The translations under genes were made by a program, and so were the position numbers. Shown piece after piece: positions 24,669 to 38,732 of a stretch of DNA of 64,000 bases. The stretch is from Octopus vulgaris (lineage: Eukaryota), in the NCBI GenBank assembly GCA_951406725.2, contig OX597830.1, positions 65,720,001 through 65,784,000 on the forward strand, given 5' to 3'. The notes beneath the pieces were generated by a model that saw only the letters and a program-made list of their open reading frames with translations, was not told where the DNA came from and searched no databases. Positions within the stretch are counted from its first letter, which is position 1, and the number at the start of each line of letters is the position of its first letter.

Positions 24669-25112
24669 TATCGCATAAAGAAAAATCGACCTTAAATATA
24701 TCGCATAAAGAAAATATGAAATATCTTAGAACAAGTTGCGGGACATCTGGATGTCTCAGTAACGAGTCACCTCTGTCAGGCGCTGGTGAACTCAAGATAG
24801 TTACAAGCCGGACAGTACAATCCCTACGAATTACTCGTATATAAAACTGATCAAAAAACGGATATAAATGTGTGCATTTTCCTTAATCCGTTTTTAACGA
24901 ACGACGATCCAATCATTCTGCGAGGATGCTGGAATACTTGTCATACTTCACTATATCCTTTACAGAAGTGGTATCATCAACGGGCAATTATGAATTTTTA
25001 TAATAATAATGATAAAGCAAAACACCACCGTAAATGAAAAAAATCAAAACGGAAATACAAAAACTAAAGAAAGCAAAACAAAATCGCAATGAAACAATAA
25101 AAGCTAAGCTTG

Positions 25113-25463
25113 CAAATCAACCCCAGAACTTATTCTTTGTAAGCCTAGTACTTATTCTATCGGTCTCTTTTGCCAAACCGCTAAGTTACGGGGATTTAAA
25201 CACACCAGCATCGGTTGTCAAGCGATGTTGGGGAGGGGGACAAACACAGACACACAAATACACACATATACATATACATACATACATATACATATATTCA
25301 ACGGGCTTCTTTTCGGTTTCCATCTACCAAATCCACTCACAAGGCTTTGGTCGGCCCGAGGCTATAGTAGAAGACACTTGCCCAAGGTGTCACGCAGAGG
25401 GACTGAACCCGGAACCATGTGGTTGGTAAGCAAACTACTTACCACACAGCCACTCCTACACCT
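25113..25463 (-). mobile_element. SINE family A (3'-truncated)
   Basis: Reverse-complement family A. Confidence 0.85.
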
Positions 25464-25477
25464 ATATGGGGAAAAAG

Positions 25478-25755
25478 TACCAGTAAAATGTAGTGTGTGG
25501 AATTTGGGATGAAACAATGGGACACATTGTTCAAGAATGTCCCAAAATGGCTCAGGGAGAACACAAGAAATACAGACATGACCAAGTTGTGAAAGTTTTG
25601 CACTGGAAGCTTTGTCAGAAATAGGAATTTGAAGCTGGAAGTACGTACTTGGCATGGGCATCAGGTTGGAAGAGTTCTTGAATAAGAGAAATGCAAGAGT
25701 TTATGGGATTTTCGTATTCCAATGGAAAGCAATAAAACCAAATGAAAATGATAAA
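25478..25755 (+). mobile_element. Degenerate RLE-type non-LTR retrotransposon fragment (R4/Dong-like zinc knuckle)
   Basis: KC.V...DETMGHIVQECPKMAQGEHKKYRHDQVVKVLHWKLCQK* followed, after a frameshift, by an LWDF-like motif. Confidence 0.65.
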
Positions 25756-25917
25756 CAGGAGTGGCTGTGTGGTAAGAAGCTTGCTTACCAACCACATGGT
25801 CTTGGGTTCAATCCCACTGCGTGGCACCTTGTAATCTTCTATTACAGCCTCGGGCTGACCAAAGCCTTTTGAGTGGATTTTGTAGATGGAAATTGAAAGA
25901 AGCCTGTTGTATATATA

Positions 25918-27190
25918 CGAGGGACGTTCAATAAGTAATGCCCCTGACCCATTTGCAGTTGTTTGCACGTGCAATCATTTATATCTCTATAGAGTAAGTA
26001 ACAAATTACAGCTCTGAACTAATTGTGGTTTCTGATTTACAGGTGTTTGATCTGAGTCAAGTGTGAAATGGAGCCTGTTGAGTGTCGAGCAGTGATCCGG
26101 TTTTTGTATTTGAAAGGACGCACACCACGGGAGACTTTTATGAAATGAAAGTAACTTATGGTGATGATGCCCCATCATATGACCTTGTAAAACACTGGGA
26201 TCGTGAATTCAAACATGGTCGGAACTCTGTGGAAACAGCTCCCAGATCTGGTCGCCCCCTTCTGCCATTGATGAGGCATCTGTCCGTCAAGTTGAGGCTG
26301 CCATTTTGGAAGATCGACGCATAATTATTCGCCAAATAGCCCATGAGGTCAAGATTAGTACCGGGTCTGAGGAAACTATCATTCATGACCATTTGCATAT
26401 GCAAAAGGTGTCTGCCAGATGGATTCCCAGGTTGCTCACGCCTTTCCAGAAGCAAGAACGCGTCGAGTGCTCGAGGATGAATTTGGAGATGTGCCAAGAA
26501 AATGAGTCAAAATTTTTCAAGAGACCGATTACACAGGATGAAACCTGGGTCCATCACGATGATCCAGAGACCAAAGCCCAGTCAATGCAGTGGAAGCACC
26601 GTGACTCACCCCCTCCAAAGAAGGCAAGGGTGCAGCCCTCCGCTGGCAAGGTCATGCTCATAGTCTTCTGGGACCAGGACGGAGTAGTGATGACAGATTT
26701 CCTGGCAAAGGGTACCACAATTACAGGAGCCTATTATGCTTCACTTTTGAGGAAATTAAGAGAAGTTATCAAAATCAAGAGGCGGGGCAAGATCAGCAAA
26801 GGCATCCTCCTCCTGCAAGACAACGCTCCGGTCCACAACTCGCTTGTCGCCAGATCAGAAGCACAGGCGTATGGCTATGAACTCCTCCCCCATACCCCTA
26901 CTTTCCTGACCTTGCACCCTCTGATTTTCACCTCTTCCCAGTCATGAAGTTGTTTTTGAAAGGAAAGCGTTTCCCAGACGATGCAGCCTTGATTTCTGAA
27001 GTCACGTTCAGGTTGGAGGACCAAGCTGGGGTCTTCTACAAAAACGGTCTCCAGAGCTGCATCAAACGATGGTAGAAATGCGTTACTCTTGATGGTTCCT
27101 ATGTAGAAAAAGACTAATAACTGTGCCAAGTTTCGTTGCTCTACTGCTATAGGAAGTGGGTCAGGGGCATTACTTATTGAACGCCCCTCG
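25918..27190 (+). mobile_element. Full-length mariner (D,D34D) DNA transposon, inactive
   Basis: About 34-bp TIRs CGAGGGACGTTCAATAAGTAATGCCCCTGACCCA / TGGGTCAGGGGCATTACTTATTGAACGCCCCTCG; TA TSD; 1273 bp; inserted in the (TA)n of a family A SINE. Confidence 0.95.
26068..27117 (+). pseudogene. Mariner transposase pseudogene
   Basis: MEPVECRAVIRFLYLKG; WIPRLL; TQDETWVH; QDNAPVH; DLAPSDFHLF; several frameshifts and an in-frame TAG near 27073. Confidence 0.9.
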
Positions 27191-27367
27191 TATATATATA
27201 TATATACATATATATATACAATAATGTTACTTTACTCGGTAGTCAAGATAAAACTCAGAGATTTATCTTGACTACCGAGTAATATAACATTATCGTATAG
27301 ATAAATTTCCTCTATTTACATAATATTGAGGTCTCTTTCTTTCTTTTGTTATCTTACCGTTTTATCA

Positions 27368-27398
<31 letters not shown>

Positions 27399-27996
27399 AT
27401 CCAAACAAGAAAGCACAAAAAAACACAACAACGCGAGGACGTGGAACAAATATAGTATTATTGGACGTTCAGGAAAGAAGAAAAAAAAAAAATATATATA
27501 TGTATATATATAAATACAATAAGAGGTTTTCAAATAGGGAAGCGTTGTGCTTTCGTTTTTTGTGTTAGGCCACTGGTAATAATTTATTATTACCCTATTT
27601 TATTATATGCATATATATATATGCATATATATATGAATTGCTCGGTTTTATAATGCCTGTTAGGTGGTCAGTCCAGCGTAGTGTGACGTCATCAACGTTT
27701 TGACCAATCGTTTCGTTAGGTGGCTTTAGTCAAGCAGAACGGGACGTCATCATCATTTTGACCAATCGCTGTATTATAACTGCCTCTTGTCTGTTTCCTG
27801 TTTTGACCAGTCGCTTCGTTAGTCAAGCAGAACGGGACGTCATCCAGATTCTGCCCAATCACGACTTATAGCTACATTAAATCTGCCCCCAGTCTGTACT
27901 TGTTAGGTGACTAGTCAAGCAGAAAAGGACGTCATCAATATTCTGACTAATGACTGTCACCTGTTTGTATCCTGTCCATTCTAGCAGAATGTATAT

Positions 27997-28073
<77 letters not shown>

Positions 28074-28442
28074 TATATGTGTATATATATGTATGTGTGT
28101 GTTTGTTATTTGTGTCTGTGTTTGTCCACCTAACATCGCTTGATAACCGATGTTGGTGTGTTTACATACCAGTCACATAGCGGTTTGGCAAAAGACACCG
28201 ATAGAATAAGTATTAGGCTTACAAAGAATAAGTCCTGGGGTTGTGAGTAATGATAAGGGCAAATGATTGAAGGAGATTAAAGTGGAATATCCTGTTGAGC
28301 TTCTTAGGAACAAGAAAGATTATCAGAGTGTTTCTGAGTACTTCAAAGATTATTGAAAGCTTTTGAATATCTAAGGTAACATGCAGTGACCTGATACCCA
28401 CATAAATTCCACCGGGAACAAGACCAAACTTGCATCAAACCA

Positions 28443-28943
<501 letters not shown>

Positions 28944-29254
28944 GCAAAACACCACTGTAAATGAAAAAAATTAAAACGGAAATACAAAAAAACTAAAGAA
29001 AGCAAAAAAAAAATCGCAATGAAACAATAAAAGCTAAGCTTGGATCAAAAGTGAAAGTAGTTGATACCATGAATTGCTTATAAGTTACGTCTTATTTAAA
29101 GTCCGTTCTTAGTGAGTTCACTGCATTCGGAAACTTCAGCAATAAGAGGTGATAGTTTCGACTAGTCTTTACTTTACCACACAAGAGGAAAAAATAACAC
29201 ACTTAGAAAGAAAAGAAAAAACAAGAGCAAACAGCAAATAATAGGTAAGTAAAT

Positions 29255-30207
29255 GGATCTTTTCGGTTTGAACGGCAGTTTTTTCTAGCGGTGTCATATG
29301 AAATTGTCAATCATTATTATGACCCTAGTATCGATCTATTGCATTTCAATGTTTTAGGGTTAGGGTTGGGGGAAGGGTATCTTTTTTTCGGCGATGTTCC
29401 GCTTGTCGTAGCACAAGTTTCCGTCGATTTCCGTAAAAAACTTTTATTTTTTTACATAAGTAATGAGAGCGAAAGAGACTAAGAGGAAGCGATTTTATGA
29501 CGAGGAAATTTCTCTTTGAAGTCCCCGTGTGTGTGTTTCACGGGGTGTGGGAGACAGACAGTATGTTGTGTAAGTGAAGTGCTTCTGTTAGTGTGTGCGA
29601 AGAGACAGAGAGAGTAATGTGCGAAAGAGAGAGATAACTGAAAATTTTTACTCGGTGTATGTGTATATGTATGTCTGCATGTATGTGTGTGTGCATGTAT
29701 CTATGTATGTGTGTGTGTGAATGTATGTGTGTGTGTGTATGTATCTATGTATGTGTGTGTGTATGTATGTGTGTGTATGTATGTGTGTATGTATGTATGT
29801 ATGTATGTATGTATGTATGGCCGATTCAGTGTTTACATTTTTTACGGAAATCGACGGAGGAAATCGACAATCGACGGAGGAAATCGACGGAAACGTGTGC
29901 TACGACAAGCGAAACATCGCCTTTTTTTCTTCACAAATGTAAATAAACCTAATCTGTTTCTTAAACGAGGGACATATTCATATGGCACAGAATGTTTTCA
30001 CCTCAATAGACGTCATTGATCGGTTGAAATTGCAGAAATTGAAGAAGAAAAAAACAACAAATATCTTACAAACTATGGAATTTTCTCAATAAAGCCAAGA
30101 GAAAAAGATGTTTTATGTAACACATTCTACCAGTATACGAAGTTTAAAAGCGTTTAGTTAGGTGGAAATTATTTTTTAAAAAACTGCCGGTCAAACCGAA
30201 AAGATCC
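29255..30207. mobile_element. TTAGGG-containing Merlin-like MITE with a nested second MITE
   Basis: GGATCTTTTCGG...CCGAAAAGATCC with 8-bp TSD AAGTAAAT. Confidence 0.85.
29390..29921. mobile_element. Nested MITE (GGCGATG...CATCGCC)
   Basis: TIRs GGCGATGTTCCGCTTGTCGTAGCAC / GTGCTACGACAAGCGAAACATCGCC; 8-bp TSD TTTTTTTC; absent from the later array units. Confidence 0.85.
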
Positions 30208-30494
30208 AAGTAAATTTCATTGTCATCCTCTCGTCTTCATCATTATCGTCTTCATCATTGATGCTGTCGTTGTTGTAGTTGTTGTCAGAGTCAGTTAAGG
30301 CCTAGGCGGCTATCTTTCGTTTAGCATCGGAAGAACGTGAAACATAAAGCGTTCGGTAATTTCCGTAAAAAAAATTTTATTTATTTCTTTTTGTAAGTGT
30401 TTAAAGTGCATTTCCTTTGATCTCACGATGATAACAGAGTGTATATGTCGTGAGTGTGAGACAGAAAGTGTGTGTTGTTTGTGTACATTTGTGT

Positions 30495-30555
<61 letters not shown>

Positions 30556-30765
30556 TGAGAGAAAGGTGTGTTGAAGGAAAAGTAGAAAGCTGTTGACTAT
30601 GTATAGTGTCCATCATCCCAAAGCTGATATTAACTGGTTGTACTTGAAGAGAGACCAGAGTGGAAAAGGCTTAAATCCTTAAATCTATTATAGCCTCAGG
30701 CTGACCAAAGCCTTTTGAGTGGATTTTGTAGACAGAAATTGAAAGAAGCCTGTTGTGTATATATA

Positions 30766-31279
30766 CTAGCAGTATCGCCCGGCGTTGCTCGGGTTTGTAA
30801 GGGAAATAACTATATAAGCATTTTTAGAGAGTTACTTCCTTTATAGATGCCAATTCGGGCTTTCTTAGCCATTTCTGTTTTGGTGTCTTCAAGCCATGAA
30901 GTCGTTGTTCTAAAAGAACGCTGGTCTCCTTGACAACGCATTACGACGTTGATTTCCTTACACTCCCTTCCCCACAGCTTCACGAGGGAGCGAAGAAGGG
31001 GGAGAAGCAAACACAGGTGCAGCTGTGACCATGGACGCCAACTCCGCCGCCATCGACACACGAAAAATTATGCATTAAAATGGAATAAAAAATGATATTA
31101 AATTATTTTTAAAATCGTTGACTCATCGTAGACGCGCACTAATAGCCAGACGGGCTCGATATTAATCACGACTATAAGATACCCGAATTTGGTTAAACTG
31201 CACCGCAAAATGTGGGAGGAGTTAGGAATCTAAATCGTAGGAGACAGACACTCACACAACTACAGTTTTATATATATAG

Positions 31280-31280
<1 letters not shown>
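30766..31280 (-). mobile_element. Non-autonomous Helitron (first of 11 array copies)
   Basis: Same termini as 18052 and 24267; CTAG ends at 30766, 32554, 34491, 36255, 38144, 40083, 41975, 43877, 45803, 47647 and 49542. Confidence 0.9.
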
Positions 31281-31315
<35 letters not shown>

Positions 31316-32304
31316 ATAAATAAAATAAGAGGCTTTCAATAGGGAAGCATTGTGCTTTCGTTTCTTGTGCTAGGCCACTGGTAATAATAATTTATTATTA
31401 CCCTATTTTATTATATGCATATATCTATATATATAAAACTGTAGTTGTGTGAGTGTCTGTCCCCTTCGGTTTAGATTCCTAACTACTCCCACAAGAGGAA
31501 AAATAACACACTTAGAAAGAAAAGAAAAACAACAGCAAACAGAAATAATAGGTAAGTAAATGGATCTTTTCGGTTTGAACGGCAGTTTTTTCTAGCGGTG
31601 TCATATGAAATTGTCACCCATAATTATAACCCTAGTATCGATCTATTGCATTTCAGTGTTTTAGGGTTAGGGTTAATTAGGGTTAGGGTTATGGTTAGGA
31701 TTAGGGTTTTGGGGGAAGGGTATTTTTTTTTCTTCAGAAATGGAAATAAACCCAATCTGTTTCTTAAACGAGGGACATATTCATATGGCACAGAATGTTT
31801 TCACCTCAATAGACGTCATTGATCGGTTGAAATTGCAGAAATTGAAGAAGAAAAAAACAACAAATATCTTACAAACTATGGAATTTTCTCAATAAAGCCA
31901 AGAGAAAAAGATGTTTTATGTAACACATTCTACCAGTATACGAAGTTTAAAAGTGTTTAGTTAGGTGGAAATTATTTTTTAAAAAACTGCCGGTCAAACC
32001 GAAAAGATCCAAGTAAATTTCATTGTCATCCTCTCGTCTTCATCATTATCGTCTTCATCATTGATGCTGTCGTTGTTGTAGTTGTTGTCAGAGTCAGTTA
32101 AGGCCTAGGCGGCTATCTTTCGTTTTGCATCGGAAGAACGTGAAACATAAAGCGTTCGGTAATTTCCATATAAAAAATTTTATTTATTTCTTTTTGTAGG
32201 TGTTTAAAGTGCATTTCCTCTGATCTCACGATGATAACAGAGTGTATATGTCGTGAGTGTGAGACAGAAAGTGTGTGTTGTATGTGTACATATGTGTGAA
32301 AGAC

Positions 32305-32346
<42 letters not shown>

Positions 32347-33081
32347 GAGAGAGGTGTGTTGAAGGAAAAGTAGAAAGCTGTTGACTATGTATAGTGTCCA
32401 TCATCCCAAAGCTGATATTAACTGGTTGTACTTGAAGAGAGACCAGAGTGGAAAAGGCTTAAATCCTTAAATCTATTATAGCCTCAGGCTGACCAAAGCC
32501 TTTTGAGTGGATTTTGTAGACAGAAATTGAAAGAAGCCTGTTGTGTATATATACTAGCAGTATCGCCCGGCGTTGCTCGGGTTTGTAAGGGAAATAACTA
32601 TATAAGCATTTTTAGAGAGTTACTTCCTTTATAGATGCCAATTCGGGCTTTCTTAGCCATTTCTGTTTTGGTGTCTTCAAGCCATGAAGTCGTTGTTCTA
32701 AAAGAACGCTGGTCTCCTTGACAACGCATTACGACGTTGATTTCCTTACACTCCCTTCCCCACAGCTTCACGAGGGAGCGAAGAAGGGGGAGAAGCAAAC
32801 ACAGGTGCAGGTGTGACCATGGACGCCAACTCCGCCGCCATCGACACACGAAAAATTATGCATTAAAATGGAATAAAAAATGATATTAAATTATTTTTAA
32901 AATCGTTGACTCATCGTAGACGCGCACTAATAGCCAGACGGGCTCGATATTAATCACGACTATAAGATACCCGAATTTGGTTAAACTGCACCGCAAAATG
33001 TGGGAGGAGTTAGGAATCTAAATCGTAGGAGACAGACACTCACACAACTACAGTTTTATATATATAGATATATATATATAT

Positions 33082-33115
<34 letters not shown>

Positions 33116-34230
33116 GTGTGTATAAATAAAATAAGAGGCTTTCAATAGGGAAGCATTGTGCTTTCGTTTCTTGTGCTAGGCCACTGGTAATAATAATTTA
33201 TTATTACCCTATTTTATTATATGCATATATCTATATATATAAAACTGTAGTTGTGTGAGTGTCTGTCCCCTTCGGTCTAGATTCCTAACTACTCCCACAA
33301 GAGGAAAAAATATTACACTTAGAAAGAAAAGAAAAACAACAGCAAACAGAAATAATAGGTAAGTAAATGGATCTTTTCGGTTTGAACGGCAGTTTTTTCT
33401 AGCGGTGTCATATGAAATTGTCACCCATAATTATAACCCTAGTATCGATCTATTGCATTTCAGTGTTTTAGGGTTAGGGTTAATTAGGGTTAGGGTTATG
33501 GTTAGGATTAGGGTTTTGGGGGAAGGGTATTTTTTTTTCTTCAGAAATGGAAATAAACCCAATCTGTTTCTTAAACGAGGGACATATTCATATGGCACAG
33601 AATGTTTTCACCTAAATAGACGTCATTGATTGGTTGAAATTGCAGAAATTGAAGAAGAAAAAAACAACAAATATCTTACAAACTATGGAATTTTCTCAAT
33701 AAAGCCAAGAGAAAAAGATGTTTTATGTAACACATTCTACCAGTATACGAAGTTTAAAAGTGTTTAGTTAGGTGGAAATTATTTTTTTAAAAACTGCCGG
33801 TCAAACCGAAATGATCCAAGTAAATTTCATTGTCATCCTCTCGTCTTCATCATTATCGTCTTCATCATTGATGCTGTCGTTGTTGTAGTTGTTGTCAGAG
33901 TCAGTTAAGGCCTAGGCGGCTATCTTTCGTTTTGCATCGGAAGAACGTGAAACATAAAGCGTTCGGTAATTTCCGTAAAAAAAATTTTATTTATTTCTTT
34001 TTGTAGGTGTTTAAAGTGCATTTCCTTTGATCTCACGATGATAACAGAGTGTATATGTCGTGAGTGTGAGACAGAAAGTGTGTGTTGTATGTGTACATAT
34101 GTGTGAAAGACATAGAGAGAGAGAGAGAGAGAGAGAGGTGTGTTGCTGTGTGTGTGTGAGGGAGGAAGTAGCATCACATTTTTTTTACTTATTTTTCTCA
34201 CACCTTTTTTGGGGTGTGTGAGTGATTGAC

Positions 34231-34291
<61 letters not shown>

Positions 34292-35003
34292 TGTGTTGAA
34301 GGAAAAGTAGAAAGCTGTTGACTATGTATAGTGTCCATCATCCCAAAGCTGATATTAACTGGTTGTACTTGAAGAGAGACCAGAGTGGAAAAGGCTTAAA
34401 TCCTTAAATCTATTATAGCCTCAGGCTGACCAAAGCCTTTTGAGTGGATTTTGTAGACAGAAATTGAAAGAAGCCTGTTGTGTATATATACTAGCAGTAT
34501 CGCCCGGCGTTGCTCGGGTTTGTAAGGGAAATAACTATATAAGCATTTTTAGAGAGTTACTTCCTTTATAGATGCCAATTCGGGCTTTCTTAGCCATTTC
34601 TGTTTTGGTGTCTTCAAGCCATGAAGTCGTTGTTCTAAAAGAACGCTGGTCTCCTTGACAACGCATTACGACGTTGATTTCCTTACACTCCCTTCCCCAC
34701 AGCTTCACGAGGGAGCGAAGAAGGGGAGAAGCAAACACAGGTGCAGGTGTGACCATGGACGCCAACTCCGCCGCCATCGACACACGAAAAATTATGCATT
34801 AAAATGGAATAAAAAATGATATTAAATTATTTTTAAAATCGTTGACTCATCGTAGACGCGCACTAATAGCCCGACGGGCTCGATATTAATCACGACTATA
34901 AGATACCCAAATTTGGTTAAACTCTAACGCAAAATGTAGGAGGAGTTAGGCATCTAAATCGTAGGAGACACACACTCACACAACTACAGTTTTATATATA
35001 TAG

Positions 35004-35048
<45 letters not shown>

Positions 35049-36018
35049 AATAAAATAAGAGGCTTTCAATAGGGAAGCATTGTGCTTTCGTTTCTTGTGC
35101 TAGGCCACTGGTAATAATAATTTATTATTACCCTATTTTATTATATGCATATATCTATATATATAAAACTGTAGTTGTGTGAGTGTCTGTCCCCTTCGAT
35201 TTAGATTCCTAACTACTCCCACAAGAGGAAAAAATAACACACTTAGAAAGAAAAGAAAAACAACAGCAAACAGAAATAATAGGTAAGTAAATGGATCTTT
35301 TCGGTTTGAACGGCAGTTTTTTCTAGCGGTGTCATATGAAATTGTCACCCATAATTATAACCCTAGTATCGATCTATTGCATTTCAGTGTTTTAGGGTTA
35401 GGGTTATGGTTAGGATTAGGGTTTTGGGGGAAGGGTATTTTTTTTTCTTCAGAAATGGAAATAAACCCAATCTGTTTCTTAAACGAGGGACATATTCATA
35501 TGGCACAGAATGTTTTCACCTAAATAGACGTCATTGATTGGTTGAAATTGCAGAAATTGAAGAAGAAAAAAACAACAAATATCTTACAAACTATGGAATT
35601 TTCTCAATAAAGCCAAGAGAAAAAGATGTTTTATGTAACACATTCTACCAGTATACGAAGTTTAAAAGCGTTTAGTTAGGTGGAAATTATTTTTTAAAAA
35701 ACTGCCGGTCAAACCGAAAAGATCCAAGTAAATTTCATTGTCATCCTCTCGTCTTCATCATTATCGTCTTCATCATTGATGCTGTCGTTGTTGTAGTTGT
35801 TGTCAGAGTCAGTTAAGGCCTAGGCGGCTATCTTTCGTTTTGCATCGGAAGAACGTGAAACATAAAGCGTTCGGTAATTTCCGTAAAAAAATTTTATTTA
35901 TTTCTTTTTGTAGGTGTTTAAAGTGCATTTCCTTTGATCTCACGATGATAACAGAGTGTATATGTCGTGAGTGTGAGACAGAAAGTGTGTGTTGTATGTG
36001 TACATATGTGTGAAAGAC

Positions 36019-36056
<38 letters not shown>

Positions 36057-37773
36057 GTGTTGAAGGAAAAGTAGAAAGCTGTTGACTATGTATAGTGTCC
36101 ATCATCCCAAAGCTGATATTAACTGGTTGTACTTGAAGAGAGACCAGAGTGGAAAAGGCTTAAATCCTTAAATCTATTATAGCCTCAGGCTGACCAAAGC
36201 CTTTTGAGTGGATTTTGTAGACAGAAATTGAAAGAAGCCTGTTGTGTATATATACTAGCAGTATCGCCCGGCGTTGCTCGGGTTTGTAAGGGAAATAACT
36301 ATATAAGCATTTTTAGAGAGTTACTTCCTTTATAGATGCCAATTCGGGCTTTCTTAGCCATTTCTGTTTTGGTGTCTTCAAGCCATGAAGTCGTTGTTCT
36401 AAAAGAACGCTGGTCTCCTTGACAACGCATTACGACGTTGATTTCCTTACACTCCCTTCCCCACAGCTTCACGAGGGAGCGAAGAAGGGGAGAAGCAAAC
36501 ACAGGTGCAGGTGTGACCATGGACGCCAACTCCGCCGCCATCGACACACGAAAAATTATGCATTAAAATGGAATAAAAAATGATATTAAATTATTTTTAA
36601 AATCGTTGACTCATCGTAGACGCGCACTAATAGCCAGACGGGCTCGATATTAATCACGACTATAAGATACCCGAATTTGGTTAAACTGCACCGCAAAATG
36701 TGGGAGGAGTTAGGAATCTAAATCGTAGGAGACAGACACTCACACAACTACAGTTTTATATATATATGTGTGTGTGTGTGTGTGTATAAATAAAATAAGA
36801 GGCTTTCAATAGGGAAGCATTGTGCTTTCGTTTCTTGTGCTAGGCCACTGGTAATAATAATTTATTATTACCCTATTTTATTATATGCATATATCTATAT
36901 ATATAAAACTGTAGTTGTGTGAGTGTCTGTCCCCTTCGATTTAGATTCCTAACTACTCCCACAAGAGGAAAAAATAACACACTTAGAAAGAAAAGAAAAA
37001 CAACAGCAAACAGAAATAATAGGTAAGTAAATGGATCTTTTCGGTTTGAACGGCAGTTTTTTCTAGCGGTGTCATATGAAATTGTCACCCATAATTATAA
37101 CCCTAGTATCGATCTATTGCATTTCAGTGTTTTAGGGTTAGGGTTATTAGGTTAGGGTTATGGTTAGGATTAGGGTTTTGGGGGAAGGGTATTTTTTTTT
37201 CTTCAGAAATGGAAATAAACCCAATCTGTTTCTTAAACGAGGGACATATTCATATGGCACAGAATGTTTTCACCTAAATAGACGTCATTGATTGGTTGAA
37301 ATTGCAGAAATTGAAGAAGAAAAAAACAACAAATATCTTACAAACTATGGAATTTTCTCAATAAAGCCAAGAGAAAAAGATGTTTTATGTAACACATTCT
37401 ACCAGTATACGAAGTTTAAAAGCGTTTAGTTAGGTGGAAATTATTTTTTAAAAAACTGCCGGTCAAACCGAAAAGATCCAAGTAAATTTCATTGTCATCC
37501 TCTCGTCTTCATCATTATCGTCTTCATCATTGATGCTGTCGTTGTTGTAGTTGTTGTCAGAGTCAGTTAAGGCCTAGGCGGCTATCTTTCGTTTTGCATC
37601 GGAAGAACGTGAAACATAAAGCGTTCGGTAATTTCCGTAAAAAAAATTTTATTTATTTCTTTTTGTAGGTGTTTAAAGTGCATTTCCTTTGATCTCACGA
37701 TGATAACAGAGTGTATATGTCGTGAGTGTGAGACAGAAAGTGTGTGTTGTATGTGTACATATGTGTGAAAGAC

Positions 37774-37809
<36 letters not shown>

Positions 37810-37901
37810 GTGTTGCTGTGTGTGTGTGAGGGAGGAAGTAGCAGCACATTTTTTTTACTTATTTTTTCTCACACCTTTTTTTGGGTGTGTGAGGGATTGA
37901 C

Positions 37902-37947
<46 letters not shown>

Positions 37948-38657
37948 GTTGAAGGAAAAGTAGAAAGCTGTTGACTATGTATAGTGTCCATCATCCCAAC
38001 GCTGATATTAACTGGTTGTACTTGAAGAGAGACCAGAGTGGAAAAGGCTTAAATCCTTAAATCTATTATAGCCTCAGGCTGACCAAAGCCTTTTGAGTGG
38101 ATTTTGTAGACAGAAATTGAAAGAAGCCTGTTGTGTATATATACTAGCAGTATCGCCCGGCGTTGCTCGGGTTTGTAAGGGAAATAACTATATAAGCATT
38201 TTTAGAGAGTTACTTCCTTTATAGATGCCAATTCGGGCTTTCTTAGCCATTTCTGTTTTGGTGTCTTCAAGCCATGAAGTCGTTGTTCTAAAAGAACGCT
38301 GGTCTCCTTGACAACGCATAACGACGTTGATTTCCTTACACTCCCTTCCCCACAGCTTCACGAGGGAGGGAAGAAGGGGGAGAAGCAAACACAGGTGCAG
38401 CTGTGACCATGGACGCCAACTCCGCCGCCATCGACACACGAATAATTATGCATTAAAATGGAATAAAAAATGATATTAAATTATTTTTAAAATCGTTGAC
38501 TCATCGTAGACGCGCACTAATAGCCAGACGGGCTCGATATTAATCACGACTATAAGATACCCGAATTTGGTTAAACTGCACCGCAAAATGTGGGAGGAGT
38601 TAGGAATCTAAATCGTAGGAGACAGACACTCACACAACTACAGTTTTATATATATAG

Positions 38658-38732
<75 letters not shown>

